This document shows positions 1 through 7,241 of a DNA stretch of 14,276 nucleotides, piece after piece. The stretch is taken from positions 1 through 14,276 of the forward strand of contig CATMOE010000076.1 of NCBI GenBank assembly GCA_950072105.1, in the 5' to 3' direction. Both the position numbers and the translations under genes were made by a program. Under the pieces are notes generated by a model. It did no database searches, was not told the origin of the DNA, and saw only the letters and a list, made by a program, of their open reading frames with translations. The stretch is from an uncultured Dehalococcoidia bacterium. Lineage in GTDB: Bacteria > Chloroflexota > Dehalococcoidia > Lucifugimonadales > UBA3495. The stretch's first letter is position 1. Every line of letters starts with the position of its first letter.

Positions 1-164
1 AAAGAGCGTCTCACCCGGGACACGGTGAGAGACGCCACCCGTCAGGAGATAGAACACCTCAAGCGGGAGAACCAAGACGGGAGAACCACGATCTGAAGCA
101 GCTTGTTGCCGACCTTTCCCTGGAGGTCCACCGCTTCAAAAAAACGGCCATCCCAGCTTTTTAA
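1..164 (+). mobile_element. IS3-family transposase OrfA, C-terminal remnant (frameshifted; no OrfB follows)
   Basis: Frame 1 reads KERLTRDTVRDATRQEIEHLKREN. After removing a 14-nt insertion (CGGGAGAACCA at 64-74 and 78-88, separated by AGA) it continues HDLKQLVADLSLEVHRFKKTAIPAF* (TAA 162-164). This is the leucine-zipper-like tail typical of IS3 OrfA, with an A7C run at 138-145. Confidence 0.75.
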
Positions 165-2481
165 CGAAGGATTCTTCCGCGGCTTGGCTGGCGGCGTTGA
201 AGCGAACACCGCTTTCCATACCGGCGTTGACCGCTTGCGTTTAGACGACGTCGTGGGGGAGATAGCCTGGCCCGACGGCATGGAAGATTTCGCGCCGTCG
301 CCCTACGAACGCCTGCAATCAGCCGGTGCGGAAACAGTTGTTTTCGACGCGATCCAACCCGGCGAACTTGAAGTGGGATCACTAACCGCCCCGCCTCCGC
401 GGCACCGGAAGATAATTCGTGGTGATGAGTTCCTGCTGGGCCGGGAAGCTGAAGTCGTGATCGTCGCGGAGCATCTTCTCCCTGCCGAAGGCGGCTTGGT
501 CGACCACAAGAACCGGCTGGTCAATCTTCACGGTGAGGGCGGCATCGGCAAAACCCGGCTCGCTCAGGCCTTGTGCGACCTGCTGGAAGACTACCGCCAC
601 TTTCCCGGCGGCATCTTCGAAATCGATTGTGAGCCTGTCCCAGACGCAAACCAACTAGCCGTCACGATGTTGCAGGCCATCGGCGTGGCGTCCGCGGAGC
701 AGATCCCACATCCGGCGGAAATGCTCGCCGCCGCGTTGCAGGAAATTTCCAACTCCAAGGGCGACGTACTCCTAATGTTGGACAACGTAGACCCGTTATT
801 CGACGCCGACAAAGGGGTTGAAACGTGCCGGTTACTCAAGCAATTGTTCACCGATTGCCCTAGCCTTCGGATCTTAACCACGTGCCGGCGGCAGCTTCAA
901 CTTGGCGGTTACGAGTCAGACTTCTTGGTCGACCCCTTAGCACCTCAAATTGCGGTCAGCCTTTTCATCCAGTCCATCCCCGATCAGGATGTCCGAAACT
1001 CGGTACAGTCGCTACCACCGGAGTCTATGAAACATGTGTTTGAGCTGGTGGCCGCTCTTGGAGGCCATACACTGAGCATCTTCCTGGCGGCCCACAGGAT
1101 CGTCGCCGGCTTCGAGCCGATCGCCCAACAGTTGGAGCAGGCACCGAAAAGTGTAGCCAAGTTCTTGGCGGCGCCAGATTTGGTGGGTGTGCCTCCACGG
1201 CAGCGTTCTCTCCCTGCCTCGCTGAACCTTTCCTATGAGCTGCTTTCCGAGCGGGCTCAAGAGATTTTCCGGAAATCCAGCCTCCTACCCGGCGGGCTGT
1301 ATCGCCATGTTGACACCTTGGACCAGTTGTTGGGTGACGATTGGCGAAAATGGATAGAAGAAGCTCACAAGATTGGTCTGTTGCGTTATGAGCAGGAAGA
1401 TCAGAGGTTCTGGTTGTTGAATCCGATCCGGGAATACGCCGAGCTGTTATTGAATGGCGGGGAAGGGAACGATTTCAACGTAGCCGTGGCCAATCACTGG
1501 GCCGAGTTCGCCAGTCTCCAGAATTTCCTGCTAAATCCGGCGCAAAACTCGCAGGCGATGGAGAAACTGGACCTTCCAGAAGATACTGAGGAAAAACGAA
1601 AACGTCTTGCCCAGTTTCACTCCCAAGCTTGCGCCGCATTAATGTCTGAAGAAGCCAACATTTTGTCTGGCTACCGAATCGGACTGGCAATTGACGTAGC
1701 TGCCGGCAGGAGAACCGCAACGGGCTTGACGGATTATCTGAAGCTATACGACAAGCGTCAGACTAACGCTTGGATAGCAAGGTCAATGGTGGAATATTCC
1801 GACAACCCAGAGACGCGGGCGGCGGCCCTGAACAACTTGGGCAGCATGCTGTCGGATTTGGGGGACCGGGAGGGCGCGCTGGACGCAGCCCGGGAGTCGT
1901 CAGAGATTTCCAGGAAGCTGGCCGAGGCGCACCCTGAGGCTTTTTTGCCAAATCTGGCTACCTCCCTCAACAACCTGGGCATCCGACTGTCGGCTTTGAG
2001 GGACCGGGAGGGCGCGCTGGACGCGGCCCGGGAGTCGTCAGAGATTTACAGGAAGCTGGCCGAGGCGCACCCGGAGGCCTTTTTGCCAGACGTGGCTACC
2101 TCCCCGAACAACCTGGGAAATATCCCGTCGAAAACTGGGGCCAGGGATCGGGCGTTGGATTGCTTTAGGGAAGTCGTAGAGACGGGTGAGCGGTACCACG
2201 CCCTGGGAAGAAATCCTGCCCATATCGTGGGGGGCTCTATTCGCTTGGCTGACTTCCTAGGTGAGGAGAACGACCAAGAATAACTCGCGGCATTAGACCG
2301 CTCGGCCACTCCGCTGGAACCGATTCATACACAGAACCGGGCTACCCTTGGGGACATGATCGAGGTCAACCAGAGGCGGATAGCGCTGCTGGAACGGATG
2401 GAGCCATCCAAAGTGCGGAATGTCGCTTCGGAGCTAGAGGAGCAGCGAAACCGTTATGCGGAGGAGGGCGAGCCGGTTTAG
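154..2481 (+). pseudogene. STAND (NB-ARC-like) P-loop ATPase with C-terminal TPR repeats; 5'-truncated, probable premature stop at 2281-2283
   Basis: Within ORF 103..2283: Walker A GEGGIGKT, Walker B LLMLDNVD, sensor-like LRILTTCR, GxP-like LGGHTLSI, QRSLPASLNLSYELL, and TPR units (SLNNLG...LGDREGALDAARES.EI.RKLAEAHPEAFLP). The called start (TTG 103) lies inside the IS remnant. The same frame stays open for 65 codons after TAA 2281, to TAG 2479-2481. Confidence 0.75.
1828..2118 (+). repeat. 138-bp (46-aa) tandem repeat encoding TPR units, about 2.1 copies
   Basis: AACAAC(C/T)TGGG recurs at 1831, 1969 and 2107 (period 138). Segments 1862-1950 and 2000-2088 differ at 4 of 89 positions. Confidence 0.95.
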
Positions 2482-2547
2482 CCAAAATCGTATGTTTCCT
2501 TCGTGATCTGGCCCATGGCCACGTCGGGAATTACGCGGCAACCGCCC

Positions 2548-3351
2548 CTATAGCCTCAGGTCCCGCCTGGAAAAACCAAAGTACCCGACTGCAAGCAGGA
2601 CGGCGATGGTTGCCAGAAGGGCGGCGGCGTGAGCCGGATTCAGGCCGTTGGCTAATGGGTTGGCGGCGTTGTAATAGTAGAAGGGCGACAACCACTTGGC
2701 CGCTTCCATGTAACTGACGATACCGCTGGCGGCGTTCAACAGGTAGGTGCCGACAGCGACAGCCGCGACGATGGTGACGCTGGTACCTCGACTGCCGGTG
2801 AAGCATCCCGCAGCGATGGCCAGGGCACCGAATGTTACTCCCAGCAACACGGTGCTGAAGGTGATTGCGGCGAGATTAAGCACACTTAAGTCAATGTCGA
2901 TGATAAGGGTGCCGATGACCAGCACTATCCAAAGCACCAAACCAAGGGCAATCGCGTTGGCAATCATAGCCGCGGCTTTTTGAACCACCAGTTTTCCCCG
3001 GGCAATGGGCTCGGTCAGCAAGATCTCCAGACTCCCCCGGCCTTCCTCACCGGCGATCGCGCCACTACCCAACACAATGCCATGGATCACGAACAACAGT
3101 GGAGCCATGAAACCGAAGATCTCGGCGTTAAAAAAGCCAACGGCGGAGGTGATGTCGGTTAGCTCGCTCAAGCCGAACAATGTTTTCAAGTTTTCGGGAT
3201 AGGATTCCAGCATGACGTTGAAATCGTCGTTCCCCCGAATGCTCGGGAAGAACGCAATCATCATCGCGGCGAACAGACCGAGGCCTGCGCTCCACCAGAC
3301 CATGGGCCAACGTTCGTCCCGCAGGCTTTTGAGGAACACGTTACTCAGCAT
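2548..3351 (-). CDS. ABC-2 type exporter permease subunit
   Basis: 267 aa with about 6 hydrophobic segments, the motif AIAGEEGRGSLEILLTEPIARGKLV, KWLSPFYYY and C-terminal FSRRDL. Overlaps the ATPase gene by 11 nt. Confidence 0.92.
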   Translation of the reverse strand: MLSNVFLKSLRDERWPMVWWSAGLGLFAAMMIAFFPSIRGNDDFNVMLESYPENLKTLFGLSELTDITSAVGFFNAEIFGFMAPLLFVIHGIVLGSGAIAGEEGRGSLEILLTEPIARGKLVVQKAAAMIANAIALGLVLWIVLVIGTLIIDIDLSVLNLAAITFSTVLLGVTFGALAIAAGCFTGSRGTSVTIVAAVAVGTYLLNAASGIVSYMEAAKWLSPFYYYNAANPLANGLNPAHAAALLATIAVLLAVGYFGFSRRDLRL

Positions 3352-4258
3352 CGTCTTCCGTACCCTGGCTCGTGGTCTCTCCGTAATAAGCCAAGAAGAT
3401 TTCCTCCAAGTTCGGCTCGTGGGTCTTCAGATTGACGACAGCATGACGAGCCGCCGCTTTGATCAGGGGATCAAGGACGCCGGACACGTCGCAGAGTAGC
3501 GTATTGCCCTGAGCTTGGACGTTGCGAACCCCTTCCAGCCGGGCAAATTCCTCCTCTGGAACCGGGTCTACGAACTCAATCTCCAGTCTACGGATCGCTC
3601 TAGACATGAGGCTGGCGATCTCTTCCACGGCGGCCAGGCGGCCCTCACGGATTATGCCGACGCGGTCGGCCAACTGCTCTACCTCGGGCAAAAAATGGGA
3701 AGAAAGGAAAACCGTTCTGCCCTCGTCCTTGGCCTCCCGAACCATGTCCTCGAACTCGGCCTGCATCAGGGGGTCCAGACCGCTGGTTGGTTCGTCAAGG
3801 ATCAGAAGCTGCGGTTCGTGCATGAAAGCGCGGATGACGGCGAGTTTCTGCTTGTTGCCTCGCGATAGGGCTCCGATGGGCCGGGAAAGGTCACACTGAA
3901 GCCGGTCGGCTAATGCTGTAACTTTGGACCATTGAACTCCGCCCCTAATGTTGGCCAAGTAGGTTAAGAAGTCATGACCCGATAGGTTTCCGTACAGGGA
4001 AGGATCGCTGGGGATGTAGCCGACGGAACGCCGGACCTCTAGCGAGTCTGCTTTCGCGTCCAGTCCCAGAACCGTGGCTGTCCCTCTGGTCGGACGGAGC
4101 AAGTCCAGCAGCAGGCGAATCGTGGTGGTCTTGCCTGCGCCGTTGGGACCCAGGAACCCGAAAATCTCACCGGACTTGACCTCCAAGTTCAGATCGGCAA
4201 TGCCCAGTTGCTTACCGTAGTACTTGGTAAGTCCTTCCAGGCGGATGACTGTCTCCAT
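3341..4258 (-). CDS. ABC transporter ATP-binding protein (ABC-2/drug-exporter type)
   Basis: Walker A GPNGAGKTT, signature LSRGNKQKL, Walker B LLILDEPTSGLDP, H-loop SSH. RBS GAGGAG precedes the ATG. Confidence 0.96.
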   Translation of the reverse strand: METVIRLEGLTKYYGKQLGIADLNLEVKSGEIFGFLGPNGAGKTTTIRLLLDLLRPTRGTATVLGLDAKADSLEVRRSVGYIPSDPSLYGNLSGHDFLTYLANIRGGVQWSKVTALADRLQCDLSRPIGALSRGNKQKLAVIRAFMHEPQLLILDEPTSGLDPLMQAEFEDMVREAKDEGRTVFLSSHFLPEVEQLADRVGIIREGRLAAVEEIASLMSRAIRRLEIEFVDPVPEEEFARLEGVRNVQAQGNTLLCDVSGVLDPLIKAAARHAVVNLKTHEPNLEEIFLAYYGETTSQGTEDDAE

Positions 4259-4392
4259 CCGGCTCCTCGGTTCGTGGATGACACGGACCCAATCTTAGAA
4301 GCTCAACGACACAGCATATCCGGCCGTCGTGGGAATTTTAGCCGGTCGCCGCTACAATAGCCAGGCTCGTGCCCAAGTCTGGCCGGTCCGGG

Positions 4393-5028
4393 TTACGCCG
4401 AACCGCCACCGATAGCTTCTTTCACGAACTCTTTAATGACGTGGACTGGGACCGCCATGCCCACGTCCAGGCCGGCCATCATGGTGCTCATACCGATCAA
4501 CCGGCCTTGATGGTCAACCAGCGGCCCTCCCGAATATCCGGGCCGGAGGGACAAATCCACGGCGATCCAGTCCCTTCCGATTCCCGGAGACTCTGGGAGG
4601 TCTGGACCGGCGCCGATAACTATCCCGCCGGCTGCCGCTCCGGCCACGCCCCAGGGGTATCCCATGGCCATCACCCACTCACCGGGCCGTAGCACCTGTG
4701 AGTCTCCCAATTCGATGGGGTGGAGTTCCGGCAATTCTCCATCGGGCGCTTCGATCTGCAGAACCGCCACGTCCAACCCATCGTCCTTGGCAAGCAATCT
4801 TGCCGCCACCACCGCACCAGCCGGCAGCGTAAGGCGCAGGTCCCGCGTTGGACGGCGGCCCTTCCCTTCCGAGACTACGTGGGCGTTGGTGACGACCAGG
4901 CCATCGGCGCCAAGAATCACACCGGATCCCGAACCGCGGCGCCCCGCCGCCACCTGCACCAAGCTCTTGCGCGCCTTGTGTGCCACTTCACCAAGATCGG
5001 AGTTTAGCTGGGATAGAAGAGTAGTCAT
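4393..5028 (-). CDS. Trypsin-like serine protease (S1C/HtrA-like) without PDZ domain
   Basis: Triad motifs TNAHVV, DVAVL and PGYSGGPL. The protein ends right after the protease domain. RBS AAGGAG; no signal peptide. Confidence 0.9.
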   Translation of the reverse strand: MTTLLSQLNSDLGEVAHKARKSLVQVAAGRRGSGSGVILGADGLVVTNAHVVSEGKGRRPTRDLRLTLPAGAVVAARLLAKDDGLDVAVLQIEAPDGELPELHPIELGDSQVLRPGEWVMAMGYPWGVAGAAAGGIVIGAGPDLPESPGIGRDWIAVDLSLRPGYSGGPLVDHQGRLIGMSTMMAGLDVGMAVPVHVIKEFVKEAIGGGSA

Positions 5029-5038
5029 TGAGTGCTCC

Positions 5039-5935
5039 TTAAGGATGAACAGCGGGAGTCACGGTCAACTCCTCCAAGCGTCCGCTCCGAAGTATGCGCG
5101 CGGGGACGGACTTGCCGATGAGGCCGCCGTCCAATGCGGTGAATAGGTCATCCATGTGACGCACCGTGGTCCCGCCCAAGGAAACCAAGGTATCTCCCAG
5201 GAACATCCCTCCCTCCTCGGCGGCGCTGCCCTGCTCCACCGAGACGAGCAATAGCCCGGTTTCTTGGCCCAGTTCTTTGGCTATGCCATCCGGGAGACGG
5301 TTCGGTTGGGCGCCCACGCCGAGGTAAGCCCGCCGGACACTGCCGTGTTCACTCAGGTCTTGGACCACCCGGTTGAGGATGGGGACCGGCACTGTGATCG
5401 AAACGCCGCGCAACAACGCCGAGGTGTTCAGCCCCACGAAGCGGCCTTGGGCGTCCACCAAGGGTCCGCCGGAGAACCCAGGGTACATCACGGTGTCGGT
5501 TTGAAGGTAACGGTCCACCGGTCCACCGGCTGGCGTACGCCAGGAATCGCCTAAAGCCGAACCGATACCCAGGGTGGCCCGTACGTTCTTTCCAGGACGC
5601 CCCAAAGCCAGGACCATGTGGCCGACACGTAAGTCTTCCGGGCCGGCCCAGGCCGGGATGCTGGAGTCCCGTTTGGTAGTTCGAAGAAGCGCCAGGTCGG
5701 TGGCCGGGTCGCGCCCCACCAGCTCCGCCGTCACTGTTTCACCATCTTCAAAACCAACGTTGATATTCTCGTCTCGCTCCAAAACGTGGTGCGCCGTTAA
5801 TATCAATCCTTCGCCGTCCCAAACGATGCCGGTTGCCGGCAAGCGTTCCCGCCCTTCCACGCGAACCAAGCCGGCGGCGGCTTTGGATACGGCGTCGGCT
5901 AAGGCTTCCGAGAGTTCCGGTAATACTGTTGACAT
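5039..5935 (-). CDS. S1C/HtrA-like serine protease with one C-terminal PDZ domain
   Basis: TAHHVL, DPATDLALL and PGFSGGPL, followed by a PDZ domain (RAYLGV...GLLLVSVEQGSAAEEGGMFLGDTLVSLGG). RBS AGGAG; no signal peptide or TM anchor. Confidence 0.92.
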   Translation of the reverse strand: MSTVLPELSEALADAVSKAAAGLVRVEGRERLPATGIVWDGEGLILTAHHVLERDENINVGFEDGETVTAELVGRDPATDLALLRTTKRDSSIPAWAGPEDLRVGHMVLALGRPGKNVRATLGIGSALGDSWRTPAGGPVDRYLQTDTVMYPGFSGGPLVDAQGRFVGLNTSALLRGVSITVPVPILNRVVQDLSEHGSVRRAYLGVGAQPNRLPDGIAKELGQETGLLLVSVEQGSAAEEGGMFLGDTLVSLGGTTVRHMDDLFTALDGGLIGKSVPARILRSGRLEELTVTPAVHP

Positions 5936-6016
5936 GTCCTACTCCTGTCTCACGGCCCCCTGGCTTATTCGCTGGAAGGCCTACTGCATTTCGCGGTGAT
6001 CCCACCGCTCATAACT

Positions 6017-6083
6017 AGCCTACCAACACGAAAAGGACAGGGCATCCCAAATCTGGCTAGTACCGACCCGGAAGAATGGCCAG
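6017..6083 (-). promoter_or_regulatory. Candidate promoter of the protease operon with upstream repeated heptamers
   Basis: Minus strand: TG-g-TAGGCT (extended -10, 6025-6017) and direct repeats CTGGCCA (6083-6077) and CTAGCCA (6060-6054). No recognisable -35. Confidence 0.4.
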
Positions 6084-6084
6084 G

Positions 6085-6705
6085 TTAAAGAGGTAGGAGG
6101 CCCAGTCTAGTGGCCAGGATAACCGCCTCGGTGCGGCTCTGGGCGTTGAGTTTGCCCATGATGGAATTCACGTGGAACTTGACGGTGTGCTCGCTTACTT
6201 CCAGGCGGGAGACGACGCCCTTATTGGGCAATCCCTCGGCCAACAGCTTTAGCACATCTTGTTCCTTGGGAGTTAACAGCGAAGCGGAACCTGGTTCGGG
6301 AGTGGCCGCGGCAGAGACGCCGGCGAGTGCAGGGTCAGTCACCTGCAGCCCGTGGCTAAGCGCCACGGCGGCCGCGGCCAAGGCCTCCGGAGAGGCATCC
6401 CGGCTCAGGAGCGCCTGGGCGCCCGCTGCCCGGGCTTGGGCGGCCTGATCACTGGTGACAGCCAAGGCCAGCACGGGCGGGGCGTCTTCTGGAAGGAGTC
6501 CCAGGCTGTTCACGGCGTTCGACGTTTCCCAAGAAACGTCCCACACGATCACGTCGGGCACATAGATGTCCAGAGGCAAGAGGCTGTTGTCGTCCCCGGC
6601 TATCTGCCCCACCACGGTGAGGCCCGATCGCTGGTCCAACACCGCCGCCAGCCCGGCCCGGGAGAGGCGGTCCCGGCAAACAACCAGTACACGGAGCAGC
6701 GTCAT
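6085..6705 (-). CDS. NarL/LuxR-family response regulator (atypical receiver plus LuxR HTH)
   Basis: C-terminal LTPKEQDVLKLLAEGLPNKGVVSRLEVSEHTVKFHVNSIMGKLNAQSRTEAV is a LuxR HTH. The N-terminus is receiver-like (RVLVV..., PDVIVWD). Confidence 0.92.
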   Translation of the reverse strand: MTLLRVLVVCRDRLSRAGLAAVLDQRSGLTVVGQIAGDDNSLLPLDIYVPDVIVWDVSWETSNAVNSLGLLPEDAPPVLALAVTSDQAAQARAAGAQALLSRDASPEALAAAAVALSHGLQVTDPALAGVSAAATPEPGSASLLTPKEQDVLKLLAEGLPNKGVVSRLEVSEHTVKFHVNSIMGKLNAQSRTEAVILATRLGLLPL

Positions 6706-6803
6706 CTCGTCACGCCTCTGGGTTGGCCAAAGGGTCCAACGACAACCGGGGTCTCTTTTACTGGCGTGACCAAGACCGGAGTTATTACGGGAAGATAAAA
6801 CAT
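6702..6803 (-). other. Possible 33-aa micro-ORF overlapping the regulator start (ATGA)
   Basis: Translates as MFYLPVITPVLVTPVKETPVVVGPFGQPRGVTR*. The stop TGA (6704-6702) overlaps the regulator ATG (6705-6703). No clear RBS. Confidence 0.25.
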
Positions 6804-6909
6804 GGCAGGGTCATTTAATGATAAGCGATTGAGATCGATTTTACCCGCTTCGATAACCGGGAGCCGAAGCTACTAGAAACTGTTGGGGCGTTGGAGCGAT
6901 CGAGCTACA

Positions 6910-6938
6910 TTGACTTAGGTCCATGTATCGCATACTCT
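6910..6938 (+). promoter_or_regulatory. Sigma70-type promoter for the riboswitch-bluB transcript
   Basis: TTGACT (6910-6915), 17-nt spacer, TACTCT (6933-6938), about 20 nt upstream of the riboswitch. Confidence 0.6.
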
Positions 6939-6957
6939 CATCAGCGGAAACAGAATA

Positions 6958-7160
6958 GCGTGTGGTGCCCCGAGTTTTTTGGGGAGAATAGGGAAGCCGG
7001 TGAAACTCCGGCACGGGCCCGCCACTGTGATTGGGAATCCTTCCAGCAAGCGTCAGCGCAGCCACTGCCCTTCATCCGGCGGGAAGGCGCCGGAAGGTGA
7101 TGACCCATCAGTCAGGAGACCTGCCGCACAGATCTTACCGCTTCGCGGATCGAGCGGGTA
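6958..7160 (+). ncRNA. Cobalamin (B12) riboswitch
   Basis: Hallmark blocks GGTGC...AATAGGGAAGCCGGTGAAACTCCGGCACGGGCCCGCCACTGTG, GCCACTG...GGGAAGGC and the B12 box AGTCAGGAGACCTGCC (7110-7125). A downstream hairpin (7136-7160) carries GCGG able to pair with CCGC near 7019-7022. It lies upstream of a B12 pathway gene. Confidence 0.96.
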
Positions 7161-7177
7161 CTATATGATGTGATAGA

Positions 7178-7210
7178 CCCCCGCACCGAGAATGGCGGGG
7201 GCTTTTCTTT
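7178..7210 (+). terminator. Intrinsic terminator, riboswitch expression platform
   Basis: CCCCCGC (7178-7184) pairs with GCGGGGG (7195-7201), followed by CTTTTCTTT. It sits between the aptamer and the bluB RBS. Confidence 0.75.
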
Positions 7211-7241
7211 GCCCGAACACTGCCGATCGGAGAATAAATCT

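Noticed and set aside
6..35. Imperfect inverted repeat GCGTCTCACC...GGTGAGAGACGC
   Set aside because: It lies inside the OrfA coding remnant, needs a 2-nt bulge, and is not at an element end.
138..145. A7C slippery run as a programmed frameshift fusing OrfA to the STAND protein
   Set aside because: A -1 shift from the restored OrfA frame does not enter the STAND frame (+1 would be needed), and OrfA is already broken upstream.
4338..4368. TTAGCCGG and TAGCCAGGCT upstream of the ABC ATPase, resembling the MarR operator
   Set aside because: Only partial matches without the full dyad, which is plausible by chance in GC-rich DNA. Worth rechecking only if a motif scan scores them.
6842..7160. Near-inverted repeat TACCCGCTTCGAT (6842-6854) / ATCGAGCGGGTA (7149-7160) bracketing the riboswitch
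   Set aside because: The left copy is upstream of the predicted transcription start, the match is short and gapped, and there is no target duplication.
7170..7241. N-terminal extension of BluB from GTG 7170
   Set aside because: It overlaps the riboswitch terminator and has no RBS; ATG 7242 has GGAG at suitable spacing.
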